Positions 49,910 through 60,078 of a DNA stretch of 64,000 nt are shown here, one piece after another. Both the position numbers and the translations under genes were made by a program. Source of the DNA: an uncultured Alphaproteobacteria bacterium (GTDB lineage: Bacteria > Pseudomonadota > Alphaproteobacteria > Rhodobacterales > Rhodobacteraceae); NCBI GenBank assembly GCA_929200255.1, contig CAKMYZ010000002.1, forward strand, positions 262,854-326,853, in the 5' to 3' direction. The number at the start of each line of letters is the position of its first letter. The first letter of the stretch is position 1. Below the pieces are notes generated by a model. The model was not told where the DNA came from. It saw nothing but the letters and a program-made list of their open reading frames with translations, and ran no database searches.

Positions 49910-51127
49910 ATGAACAAACGCCTTGCCATCACCTTTATCCTGATTTCCGTCATGCTCGACAGTATGGGCATCGGTTTAATCATGCCTGTGATGCCCGACC
50001 TGATCCAAGAGGTCGAGGGGCAAGGCCTTGGCGCCGCCGCCGTCTGGGGTGGTATCCTTGCGACAATCTTTGCGGCAATGCAATTTCTGTTTGGCCCAAC
50101 GCTGGGCAGCCTGTCAGACCGCTATGGCCGCCGCCCTATCCTGATTGGATCGCTTGTTATCATGGCCTTTGACTATGTGTTGATGGCCGTAGCAGGTACG
50201 ATCACATGGCTGATCATCGCTCGGCTTATTGGTGGTATCACCGCCGCGACACAATCGACATCGGCGGCCTATATGGCGGATATCTCAGAACCGGATGAGA
50301 AAGCCGCCAATTTCGGTCTGATCGGGGCGGCCTTTGGTGTGGGATTTGTGTTGGGGCCGCTTTTGGGCGGTGTGCTGGCGGAATTTGGGACGCGCGCGCC
50401 GTTCTGGGCCGCGGCATTCCTTGCCGCAGCCAATGCGGCCTTTGGCTATTTCGTCTTGCCCGAAACCGTCACTGACCGCATTCGCCGCCCCTTTGCGTGG
50501 CGGCGGGCGAACCCGTTGGGGGCGTTCAGGAACATCGGATCGTTGCCCGGTCTGAAGCGCCTGCTGCTGATCACATTTACCTATACGATCGCGTTCTTCG
50601 TCTATCCCGGCGTCTGGGCCTATTTTGGGGCCGAAAGGTTTGACTGGGGCCCGGGGATGATCGGGTTGTCGCTGGGCCTGTTCGGGGTCGGCATCGCTGT
50701 CGTGCAGGGATTGCTGATCCGCCCGATTATCGCGAGGATCGGGGAACGCAATGCTGTGATCCTTGGGCTGGGGTTTGATGTGCTGGCCTTTGTCGCCCTG
50801 GGTTTTGTGACCAACGGCTGGGCCGCACTGGCACTGACACCGCTGACGGCCATTGGGTCTGTCGCTGGTCCCGCCCTGCAGGGGATCATGTCGCGCACCG
50901 CCCCTGACGACCAACAGGGCGAATTGCAGGGGACAGTCACCTCGATTAACGCCGTGGCCACGATTTTGGCCCCGCTGATGGTCACGCAGACCTTCTGGTA
51001 TTTCACAGCGACCGACGCACCTGTCTATTTGCCTGGCGCACCCTTCCTGCTGTCAGCCGTGTTGACCATGGGCTGCATTTTCGTCTTCGTACAAACGCCG
51101 CGTCCGACGCGCCCACGTACCGCGTAA
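49910..51127 (+). CDS. MFS transporter (TCR/Tet-like drug-proton antiporter family)
   Basis: LSDRYGRRP motif, 12 spans, 405 aa. Confidence 0.8.
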   Translation: MNKRLAITFILISVMLDSMGIGLIMPVMPDLIQEVEGQGLGAAAVWGGILATIFAAMQFLFGPTLGSLSDRYGRRPILIGSLVIMAFDYVLMAVAGTITWLIIARLIGGITAATQSTSAAYMADISEPDEKAANFGLIGAAFGVGFVLGPLLGGVLAEFGTRAPFWAAAFLAAANAAFGYFVLPETVTDRIRRPFAWRRANPLGAFRNIGSLPGLKRLLLITFTYTIAFFVYPGVWAYFGAERFDWGPGMIGLSLGLFGVGIAVVQGLLIRPIIARIGERNAVILGLGFDVLAFVALGFVTNGWAALALTPLTAIGSVAGPALQGIMSRTAPDDQQGELQGTVTSINAVATILAPLMVTQTFWYFTATDAPVYLPGAPFLLSAVLTMGCIFVFVQTPRPTRPRTA

Positions 51128-51201
51128 GGTCGCGTTCAGACTTGCACGCGAATTGCCCACGTTCCAAGCTGGACGTCAGCAACTGATATCGGACCATCGC
51201 C

Positions 51202-52281
51202 ATGCCACAGATCAATGCCGCCGTTTGCCGCCAATTTGGCGCTCCGCTTACTATCGAAACCATCAATCTGGCCGCCCCCGAAATGGGCGAGGTTGAGGTC
51301 ACATTGAAAGCCTGCGCCATCTGCCATTCTGACATTTCCTACATTGACGGTGCATGGGGCGGCACCTTGCCGGCGGTCTATGGGCACGAGGCTGCGGGGC
51401 ATGTCACAGCTATTGGCAACGGTGTGCGCGGCGTGGCGGTGGGCGATCCTGTCGTCGTGACCCTGATCCGGTCTTGTGGCACCTGCCCGTCCTGTGCGGG
51501 GGGCAAACCGGTGGCCTGCGAAAGCGATATGATAAGCGGGCCACTGACCGGCGGGAACGGTGAAGCCTTGGAACAAGCGATGAACACCGGTGGCTTTGCC
51601 GAAAAGGTCGTCGTGGACCAAAGTCAGGTAGTGAAACTGCCTGACGGCATTGCGATGGATGTGGCATCCTTGCTGGCCTGCGGTGTGATCACCGGCGTGG
51701 GGGCTGTGGTGAATGCCGCCGCTTTGCGCGCCGGTCAGGATGTGGTGGTCATTGGTGCTGGTGGCGTGGGTCTGAACGCAATCCAAGGGGCGCGGATTGC
51801 GGGTGCTCGGCGGATCATCGCGGTGGACATGTCAGAAGAAAAGCTTGCCATTACCAAAGAATTCGGCGCAACGGACGGAGTTCTGGCGACCGAAGATAAA
51901 CCCTGGCGTTTGGCGAAGAGAGTAATGGGGCGCGGGGCAGATGCGGTGTTCGTGACCGTCGGCGCGATCCCCGCCTATGACACCGCACCGCGATATCTGG
52001 CCAATGGCGGCAAGGTGATCATGGTGGGCATGCCACATTCTGGCGCCATGTCATCTTATGAACCGGTGATGCTGGCGGCGACCGGGCAAGGCATGATCGG
52101 ATCCAAGATGGGTGATGTCGTGATCGCGCGTGACATCCCATGGATGGTGGACTTGTACAAACAGGGGCGGCTGAAACTGGATGAACTGATCTCAGGCCGC
52201 TGGTCGCTGGAGCAGATCAATGAGGCGATAGCGGATACGAAGACCGGATCAGCAAAGCGGAATGTGATTGTGTTTGAGTGA
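51202..52281 (+). CDS. zinc-dependent alcohol dehydrogenase family oxidoreductase
   Basis: ICHSD, GHEAAG, structural-zinc CGTCPSC, Rossmann GAGGVG. Confidence 0.85.
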   Translation: MPQINAAVCRQFGAPLTIETINLAAPEMGEVEVTLKACAICHSDISYIDGAWGGTLPAVYGHEAAGHVTAIGNGVRGVAVGDPVVVTLIRSCGTCPSCAGGKPVACESDMISGPLTGGNGEALEQAMNTGGFAEKVVVDQSQVVKLPDGIAMDVASLLACGVITGVGAVVNAAALRAGQDVVVIGAGGVGLNAIQGARIAGARRIIAVDMSEEKLAITKEFGATDGVLATEDKPWRLAKRVMGRGADAVFVTVGAIPAYDTAPRYLANGGKVIMVGMPHSGAMSSYEPVMLAATGQGMIGSKMGDVVIARDIPWMVDLYKQGRLKLDELISGRWSLEQINEAIADTKTGSAKRNVIVFE

Positions 52282-52467
52282 GGAAGCTTTGCGGGACAAA
52301 GCAGACTTGCGCAGTTACAGCGAGTGCTGACACAGCATGCCCTCGCAGCTGCGGCGACGCGCGATTGGCGGCGTATCGGATTCTCCGAAAGCCGCCGGAC
52401 ACCTGCAGGTATCGCCTCATTGATTGATCTCGTTAGGCGCTTGCAGGTGGCTTTGACAGTTCCCTCG

Positions 52468-53999
52468 TCAACCACCACCATAGGCGGATATGATTGCGAC
52501 TTCGTCGTCGGTGCCGAGGGGGTAGCCGCTGGCGAAGCGCAATGCTTCCGCTTTGCCGTTTGCCGCTTTGACAGAAAGCGTATTCGTTCCGCCCGGGCGA
52601 CCATCCGCCGACCAAACTGGTTGTGTGGCCCGTGACATTCCAACAGACAGAACAGCAGACCCGCGGGCACGATAGCGTGTTTTCAACCCAGCCCCGCCGC
52701 GATGTGTCGGATCGGGGGGTAAGTTCAGCGATCTTTCAAGCACATCCAAACCATAGCGCGCTTCCGCGATCTCGGCGGGGCACAAGAAGGTGTCCCCGTG
52801 GCTAGAGGAATAAAGCGGTCCGGTGCCGGGCCGACCACAGGTTGCACCCCACCCGCCCATTTGTGGCTCTACCATTGTGTAACGGCGCCCGGTATCGGGG
52901 TGGGCACCAGCAATCACCGTGCCAAAGATTGTCGCAAAATGCCCCGCCGGCAAACGGCCCGGCATTGCACGCGCCATACATTCCCATAGCAAATCAAAGA
53001 GCCGGATGCGGACCTCAAAGTAATATCCCTGTGGCGCGCTAGGCCCCGCGTGAAAGATAGAGCCGGGCCGCGTGAGGAGCTTGAGGGGGGCAAAGAACCC
53101 GCATTTGCGTAGCGTTCTGAATCCGTCAGCGCCTTGAAAAACATCTGACATACGACCATCGCACCGTCGCGACTGGTGTTATGGGGGGCGGCAACTTCAT
53201 CCGGGGCATTACGCAGGTCAATGGTGAAATCGCTGTCCGTGATTGAAATGGAGGCCCGCCAAATGGCCCTGTCGTCTTGGGTTGCATCAATTTGAAACGT
53301 CCCTTTTGGCAATTGTGCCAGACCGCACCGCGCGCGCGCCTCCCCTTCGGCAAACCCGGCACGCAAAGCACTCTGAACCAGGTCTGCACCGTGACGGGCG
53401 TAAAGCTGTGCCAGATTGGCACTGCCGCGCCGCCCTGCAGCGATTTGTGCCGCCAGATCACCCTGAACGAAATCCGGGAGCCGGGTGTTGGTCGCGATGA
53501 TGTCAAAGATCGCATCGTTACGCAGACCTGCGCTGTATAGCCTCACAGGCGGCAAGCGGAGGCCTTCGGCCACAATCTCGCTCACATTCACCGCCATAGA
53601 CCCCGGCGTGCGTCCGCCAATATCACCCCAATGCGCAATCGACGCGACCCATGCAACGCGGTGCCCACCATGGAATACAGGCTGCGCGATGATGATGTCA
53701 TTCAGATGAGTGACCCCGCCAAAGTTGGGATCATTCAGCGCAAAGATATCACCCTCTGCGATACTCGCCCCTTCGTGCGCGATGATCGCTTTGACGGATT
53801 TATCCAGCACCCCGATGAACCCCGGTATACCAGCACCAGGACTGACCAGCGCACCGTCTGCATCCAGCACACCTGTGCCCACATCAAGCACCTCGTAAAT
53901 AATCGGGCTCATCGCGGTTTTGCGCAGGGTGTCGAACATTTCCTGCGCGGCGGCATCAAGGCCAGCCTCGATAACGGATATGGTGAAGCGGTCAGTCAA
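52468..53999 (-). pseudogene. hydantoinase B/oxoprolinase-family gene, frameshifted
   Basis: The N-terminal 361-aa ORF (52914-53999) and the C-terminal 227-aa ORF (52468-53151) are together collinear with the intact paralog at 55101-56738. The frame changes between ...RYANAGS and FAPLKLLTRPGSIFHA, beside a G6 run (53085-53090). The C-terminus is also shorter than in the paralog. Confidence 0.65.
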
Positions 54000-55074
54000 T
54001 GACCCTCACATCTCTTGGTAAGTCGGACAGAATTTCGGGGCCATCCTTACGCAGGATCACAATTTCCTCCAACCGTATGCCAAAACGCCCGGGCAGGTAG
54101 ATACCCGGTTCAATGGAAAACACCATGCCTTCATCCAGCACGGTCTGGGAAGAGGCAGAGATATAGGGTGGTTCATGTACTTCCGTCCCCAGGCCATGCC
54201 CGGTGCGGTGCACGAAAAACTCACCGTATCCCGCATCCGCAATCACACCACGCGCGGCATCATCCACCATATGGGCTTTGGCCCCCGGGCTCGCGGCGAT
54301 CATTGCGGCCTCTACAGCGGCATTCACGATGGCGTGGACCTCGGCGAACCCCTCGGGTGCTGCGCCCATCACCGCCATGCGGGTGATGTCAGAAGAGTAG
54401 CCCTCCATCCCCGCGCCGATATCCATCACGACCGCATCCCCATGTTTCAAGACAGTTTCACCGGTCTGATGATGCGGAAAAGCGCCGTTGCCCGCCGCCC
54501 CAATGATGGTGAACAGCGGCCTGGCGCCTTGGCTTGCAAAGCTGTCGCGGGCGATCTGGGCGATCTCTCGCTCGCTCATCCCCGGTTGCATTGCTGCCCA
54601 TGCGGCCTGCATCGCCGTGTCTGCGCTGGTGGCGTTACGTTTGAGGGCCGCGTATTCATCCGCATCCTTACGCATCCGCAAGGCACCCACCGTTGTTTCC
54701 GAAAACTGTCGCCTGGCGTTCATCAGACGATCCTGCACGAGCCCTGCGTGATCCGCCCGCATAGATTCATCCAGCGCAATAGAGCGCGCACTGCCTGCAC
54801 CAAAATCCGTCAACAGCCGTTCAAATGCCGCAGTTGGGCCATCGGCATCATCCCATTCGTAAAATGGCAGGTCAGTATATTGCCGCGCGCTGTCGGCCTC
54901 TAACGCGGGCATCAGAAAACCAGCATCCGAGACCGTGACGCAGAGTAACAGCGGCCGTTCGTCGCCATGGGGATGCACGTCCAACAGCCACGCCATATGC
55001 GCACCGGGTGCAAGGGCAACCAGATCGACGTTTTCTTCCTTCATGCGCGCGCGTAGTTGATCCAATCTGTCCAT
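53992..55074 (-). CDS. M24-family metallopeptidase (Xaa-Pro peptidase/creatinase-like)
   Basis: Creatinase_N-like N-terminus and pita-bread metal motifs (HRTGHGLG, EPG). Confidence 0.8.
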   Translation of the reverse strand: MDRLDQLRARMKEENVDLVALAPGAHMAWLLDVHPHGDERPLLLCVTVSDAGFLMPALEADSARQYTDLPFYEWDDADGPTAAFERLLTDFGAGSARSIALDESMRADHAGLVQDRLMNARRQFSETTVGALRMRKDADEYAALKRNATSADTAMQAAWAAMQPGMSEREIAQIARDSFASQGARPLFTIIGAAGNGAFPHHQTGETVLKHGDAVVMDIGAGMEGYSSDITRMAVMGAAPEGFAEVHAIVNAAVEAAMIAASPGAKAHMVDDAARGVIADAGYGEFFVHRTGHGLGTEVHEPPYISASSQTVLDEGMVFSIEPGIYLPGRFGIRLEEIVILRKDGPEILSDLPRDVRVID

Positions 55075-55100
55075 ATCCGTCTCCTGTTTTGCGCAACCCG

Positions 55101-56738
55101 CTAGGCACCGTGTATTTCGCTGGCGCGCGCAGCTGTGATGAACCCGTTCTTGATATCCGCTTCCACCGCTAGCTTGTCTCGGTTTCGAGGGTCGCCGTAA
55201 CCCGCACCGGATGATGTGACGACCCGGATCACATCGTCGGTCGTCACATCAAGGCCCGAGACAAACGTGTATGTCTCTGTGCCCTCAGGCTTAATCACTT
55301 CAACGTAATTGCCAGAGCCTTCCTCACCCCCCTCAAGTGACCAGGGTTTGATCTTGGCGCGGGTATAGCCGGCTGTCAAAAATCCGCTTTCGGTGCGGAT
55401 GCGGTACTCCAGCACCAGCCCGCGCCCGCCATTCCATTGCCCTTCACCACCGGGTTGAGTGTTGAGTTCCATCCGGTCTACAAAAAGACCATTGCGGGCC
55501 TCGGATATCTCAGCGGGTGTGTTGTAGGTCTCCCCATGAAAACCGGAGAAGATACACGGGTTGCCGTCGCGGCCTTCCCAAGCGCCCCAGCCGCCGATCT
55601 GAGGTTCAATGATCGTGTACTGGCGACCTGTGTCAGGGTGAATACCCCCTACAAACGTCCCGCAGATCGAACTGAAATGCCCGGCAGGCAGGCGTTCGGG
55701 CACATGTGGTGCAAGACAGCGCCAGATCAGGTCATAGACCCGCACTTCGGTCTCAAAGTAAAACCCGATCGCGGCAGGTTCCTGTGCGTGAAAGATTGAT
55801 CCTTCGCGCGTGAGCACTTTCAACGGACGGAAGGAGCCGTCGTTGGCAGGTGTGTCCGGATCTGTGACAGATTTGAACACCATCTGCGCGCAGACAATTG
55901 TGCCATCACGCGACGTATTGGTACAGGCGGGGTCTTGGTCAGGATTGTCACGCAGGTCGACCACCATGTCATCGTCGGTGATCGTGATCTTGACGTTGTA
56001 GGTGCGCCCGTCGTCTTGTTCTTCGCTTAACTCAAACGTGCCTTTGGGCAGTTTGGCCAACTCCGCTTTGGCGGTTTTCTCTCCAAAGGCCATAAAGCTG
56101 TCCATCGCAGCGGCAAAGGTGGCCACGCTGTATTTTTCAGCCAACTCCTCCAGCCGTTTGGCACCGATGCGAACAGAGGCAATTGCAGCCCAGACATCAC
56201 CCAACAGGAAATCGGGCATCCGGCTGTTGCATGTGATGATGTCCATCACCGCTTGGTCGGTTTCGCCTTCGCGGATCAATTTGACAGCAGGCAGGCGCAG
56301 GCCTTCTTGGAATATCTCCGTCGCCTCACCCGACAAGGAGCCCGGTGCCATGCCGCCCACATCCGAATTATGCGCGATGTTTGCAGTCCAGGCGATCAGC
56401 TGTCCCCCTGAAAACACGGGCATCGCCAAAACCAGGTCATTTAGGTGTGTCACTCCGCCGTGCCACGGGTCATTGGTGATGAACACATCGCCGGGCCGGA
56501 TGTCGTTGTGCTTGGACAGGATGAACTGCACCGATTTATCAAGCACACCAACAAACGCAGGGATGCCTGCGCCAGAAGACGCAATGCGTCCCTCGGCGTC
56601 TGTAATGCCGGTGCCCATATCAAGCACCTCGTAGATAATCGAGGACATCGCCGTCTTGCGCATGGCCGCAAACATTTCATCAGCGGCGGCTTGCAGGGAA
56701 TTTTGGATGATTTCGAGCGTGATAGGATCGTCTTGCAT
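55101..56738 (-). CDS. hydantoinase B/oxoprolinase family protein
   Basis: 545 aa, DPITLEIIQNSL start and HyuB pattern throughout. Confidence 0.85.
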   Translation of the reverse strand: MQDDPITLEIIQNSLQAAADEMFAAMRKTAMSSIIYEVLDMGTGITDAEGRIASSGAGIPAFVGVLDKSVQFILSKHNDIRPGDVFITNDPWHGGVTHLNDLVLAMPVFSGGQLIAWTANIAHNSDVGGMAPGSLSGEATEIFQEGLRLPAVKLIREGETDQAVMDIITCNSRMPDFLLGDVWAAIASVRIGAKRLEELAEKYSVATFAAAMDSFMAFGEKTAKAELAKLPKGTFELSEEQDDGRTYNVKITITDDDMVVDLRDNPDQDPACTNTSRDGTIVCAQMVFKSVTDPDTPANDGSFRPLKVLTREGSIFHAQEPAAIGFYFETEVRVYDLIWRCLAPHVPERLPAGHFSSICGTFVGGIHPDTGRQYTIIEPQIGGWGAWEGRDGNPCIFSGFHGETYNTPAEISEARNGLFVDRMELNTQPGGEGQWNGGRGLVLEYRIRTESGFLTAGYTRAKIKPWSLEGGEEGSGNYVEVIKPEGTETYTFVSGLDVTTDDVIRVVTSSGAGYGDPRNRDKLAVEADIKNGFITAARASEIHGA

Positions 56739-56741
56739 GGT

Positions 56742-58805
56742 TTAGGCTCCGATCTCGATGTGTAGGTTTCGGTAGGCGTCCATATGGACGCTGTTGCCGG
56801 GGTGGATCACGACTGTGGTCCCGCTGTCCTCAACAATTGCAGGGCCGGTGAAGGCCATGCCAGGGGTCAACTTCTCCCCATCATAGATCGCGGCGGTGTG
56901 TTTGCCCTCCAGCGCGTAGTCCACCTCGCGTGTGGTTTTCTGGGCGCTGCTTGCATCTTTATCACCCAAGGCGGCGGGCTGCATTTCCAGTTTCCCCACC
57001 TCGGCACGTGCAACCAGATGGATGCCGACCATCTCAACAGGGGCGTCCAGTCGGTAGGTGTATTCGCGCTCATACGCGGCGTGAAAATCCTCGGCGATCT
57101 GATCGAGGGCCTCATCGGTGACAGGGCCTGCCAACAGAACCTCGGTTGTGTGTTCCTGGTTTTGATAGCGGAATTTGCCGTAGCGCAAAAAGTTGAGTTT
57201 ACCGGCATCCACGCCCTCAGCCTCAAAGGTGGCGCTGGCTTTGGCCTCGGCCTCGGCAAACACCGCCTCAATCCGCGCACCCGCACCGGCGTCCAGATCC
57301 ATCAATTGGGTGACGAAGAAATCCCGCCGCAGGTCGGACATCATCATACCCCAAGCACTAAAGACTGATGCCGCCGCCGGCACCACAACCTTTTTGACCT
57401 GTAGTTCCTGGCCCAAGGCGACCGCGTGCATGGCACCACCCCCGCCAAAGGCCAACAAAGTAAAGTCGCGCGTATCGTGCCCCCGGTTCAGCGAGACGAG
57501 TTTCAGCGCGTTCACCATGTTGTTGTTGGCAATGCGCACGATACCTTGTGCCGCCTCGTCCGTGCTAACGCCCAGTTTGTCACCCACGGCCTTCAGCGCG
57601 GCTTCAGCCTGCACCATATCCGCGTCAATCGCGCCACCACAGAAATAGTCCCGGTTGATCCGGCCCATCCAAAGGTTTGCGTCCGTCGTCGTGGCCTGGG
57701 TGCCGCCCTTGCCATAGGCTGCTGGCCCCGGTAGGGCGCCCGCCGATTGCGGCCCCACATGCAATTTATCGAAATCATCGACCCAGGCGATAGATCCGCC
57801 ACCATTGCCGATCTCTACCAAATCAACGACCGGTACCATGATCGGATAGCCCGCTGATTTGCGTGACCGTTCGATCCAATAGTCCGTCATGATGCGCACT
57901 TCGCCGCCCTCGATCAGTGAACATTTCGCAGTGGTGCCGCCGATGTCGAGCGCGAGGATGTCTGGTTCTCCGATCAACTTTCCCAGTTCCGCCGCACCCC
58001 AGAAACCGGACGCCGGGCCGCTTTCAACCATGGTGATCGGCGTGGTCGAGGTTGCGGCAAGACTGTCGATGCCACAGTTGGATTGCATGATATAAGGGCT
58101 TTTCCTGGCACCTTGGGCCATAAGTGCGTCGTTCAATTTGCCTAAGTAACGCGCCGCAACAGGTTGCACATAGGCCGATAGAACAGTCGTATTCGTACGC
58201 TCATATTCGCGCCACTCGCGGGTGATCTGATGGCTCGCCACTACAGAAACTTCGGGCCAAAGCGCACGTACTTCGGCCAGCGTCGCCTCCTCATGGGTGG
58301 TGTTTGCATAGCCGTGCAACATACAAATTGCGACGGCCTCGACCCCTTCATTGCGAAAACCATTCAAGATGTCCGGCAAGCCCGACAGATCCAACGGCGT
58401 GCGTTCCGTGCCTTGATAAGTTATGCGCCCCGGCAGTTCAGCGCGCAGGTAGCGCGGCACAAAGGGTTCGGGTTTCTCATAGTGCAGGTTAAAGAAATCA
58501 GGCCGGTTACCGCGTGCAATCTCAAGCGTATCGCGGAAACCCTCGGTGGTGATCAGACCGACCTTCACGCCTTTGCGTTCGGTGAGCGCGTTGATGACGA
58601 CAGTCGTGCCATGGGCCATGAAATCCACGTCACTGGCCGCAATCCCCCCCTTCGCTAAAACGTTCAAAACGCCGTTCTCAAAGTCTGGCGGCGTGGTGTC
58701 GGATTTCGCCGTGGTGATCTTCATCCCCTCAGGGCCGGTTTCAAAGGCCACAAGATCGGTGAATGTACCACCTACATCGGTGGCAACGCGCAAGGTTTTA
58801 GTCAT
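56742..58805 (-). CDS. hydantoinase A/oxoprolinase family protein
   Basis: 687 aa, DVGGTFTD ATPase start, DIGGTT second ASKHA motif. Confidence 0.85.
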   Translation of the reverse strand: MTKTLRVATDVGGTFTDLVAFETGPEGMKITTAKSDTTPPDFENGVLNVLAKGGIAASDVDFMAHGTTVVINALTERKGVKVGLITTEGFRDTLEIARGNRPDFFNLHYEKPEPFVPRYLRAELPGRITYQGTERTPLDLSGLPDILNGFRNEGVEAVAICMLHGYANTTHEEATLAEVRALWPEVSVVASHQITREWREYERTNTTVLSAYVQPVAARYLGKLNDALMAQGARKSPYIMQSNCGIDSLAATSTTPITMVESGPASGFWGAAELGKLIGEPDILALDIGGTTAKCSLIEGGEVRIMTDYWIERSRKSAGYPIMVPVVDLVEIGNGGGSIAWVDDFDKLHVGPQSAGALPGPAAYGKGGTQATTTDANLWMGRINRDYFCGGAIDADMVQAEAALKAVGDKLGVSTDEAAQGIVRIANNNMVNALKLVSLNRGHDTRDFTLLAFGGGGAMHAVALGQELQVKKVVVPAAASVFSAWGMMMSDLRRDFFVTQLMDLDAGAGARIEAVFAEAEAKASATFEAEGVDAGKLNFLRYGKFRYQNQEHTTEVLLAGPVTDEALDQIAEDFHAAYEREYTYRLDAPVEMVGIHLVARAEVGKLEMQPAALGDKDASSAQKTTREVDYALEGKHTAAIYDGEKLTPGMAFTGPAIVEDSGTTVVIHPGNSVHMDAYRNLHIEIGA

Positions 58806-59284
58806 GATGTAGTCTCCGTCATGGCAGCAAGCAGGAAGGCAATTGCGCCGGGTTGTTTCAAGGTTTCAGACGCCGCGACCCGTTCAGGCGTGTAATGCCC
58901 GGCCACATGCAAGCAATTGAGCGTGCCGATGACTTGCCCCCCCACGACGATGGGAATGTTGATGCAGCTTTCGCAGCCAAGCGATTGGATCAGTTCGTGA
59001 TCAGGGAATACGGCGGCAATGTCATCGATCGTGTTGGCGACAAAGGTCTCATGACGCCCCTCAACCTGTTCGGACCACACATTATCCTGCATCGGTTTTT
59101 CGCCACTGGTCGGATAGGCGCCCGGCATGTTGGAATAATTGCGCCATGCCACCCCCCGCGCGCGGTCGATTTGCATCAGGGTGAACAGCTTGACTCCAAT
59201 GGTTTCATCCACGAGCCCTTCAAGCGTGCGAAACGTCGCTTCGGGTTGGTTTGGGGCCGCTAATGCGGCTATAAAATCTGTCAT
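58802..59284 (-). CDS. stand-alone GAF-domain protein
   Basis: 160 aa with GAF-like C-terminal pattern (INIPIVVGGQVIGTLN); ATGA overlaps on both sides. Confidence 0.6.
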   Translation of the reverse strand: MTDFIAALAAPNQPEATFRTLEGLVDETIGVKLFTLMQIDRARGVAWRNYSNMPGAYPTSGEKPMQDNVWSEQVEGRHETFVANTIDDIAAVFPDHELIQSLGCESCINIPIVVGGQVIGTLNCLHVAGHYTPERVAASETLKQPGAIAFLLAAMTETTS

Positions 59285-60078
59285 GCGCCCTCCGCCAGTT
59301 GATTTCGTAAAGCCAGTTCTGCATCATCAACCACCGGCACCGCACCAATGAGGCTGCGCGCATAGGCGGTTTGTGGCGTGGTGAAAATCTGGGCCGTTGC
59401 ACCAAGTTCGACCAATTGCCCCGACTGAAATACCGCCACGCGGTCGGCCACATTGCGCACCACGGCCAGATCGTGGGTAATGAAGATATAGGTCAATCCC
59501 CGATCCCGACGCAGATCGTTCAGCAAGCGCAGCACGCGGGCCTGCACCAGGACATCAAGTGCCGAGGTCGGTTCATCCAGCACCACCAGCTTGGGTTCAA
59601 CGGCCAGTGCCCTCGCAATGCTGACGCGCTGGCGCTGCCCGCCGGACAGCGCGGTTGGCGCACGGTTGCGCATCTCAGCGGGCAGGCCCACGGCCTCTAG
59701 CGCAGCCTCGACACGGCCCCATCTATCGGCGCGCGCGCCAATGCCATAGGTATCCAACCCAAGGCGGATCGCGGCTCCGACGGAGCGCATCGGGTTCAAC
59801 GCCGACAGTGGATTTTGTTGCACCAACTGGATCATCCGACGATGATCCCGCAAGCGCTTAATCGGCAGCGCAGCGCCCTCAAAACTGATGGTACCTTCGG
59901 TTGCGCCAAGGATGCCCAGCACCATATTCGCAAGGGTTGTTTTCCCCGATCCACTTTCACCAACGATGGCCAGACATTCGCCAGGTTGAACATCTATTTC
60001 GACATCCTTCACGGCATGCACGGGACCACCAGGTGTTTGGAACGTCTTGGAGACGTTCGCAATCGACAGCAAACTCAT
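59281..60078 (-). CDS. ABC transporter ATP-binding protein (oligopeptide/dipeptide type, DppF-like)
   Basis: Walker A GESGSGKT, signature LSGGQRQR, Walker B LVVLDEP. Confidence 0.85.
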   Translation of the reverse strand: MSLLSIANVSKTFQTPGGPVHAVKDVEIDVQPGECLAIVGESGSGKTTLANMVLGILGATEGTISFEGAALPIKRLRDHRRMIQLVQQNPLSALNPMRSVGAAIRLGLDTYGIGARADRWGRVEAALEAVGLPAEMRNRAPTALSGGQRQRVSIARALAVEPKLVVLDEPTSALDVLVQARVLRLLNDLRRDRGLTYIFITHDLAVVRNVADRVAVFQSGQLVELGATAQIFTTPQTAYARSLIGAVPVVDDAELALRNQLAEGA

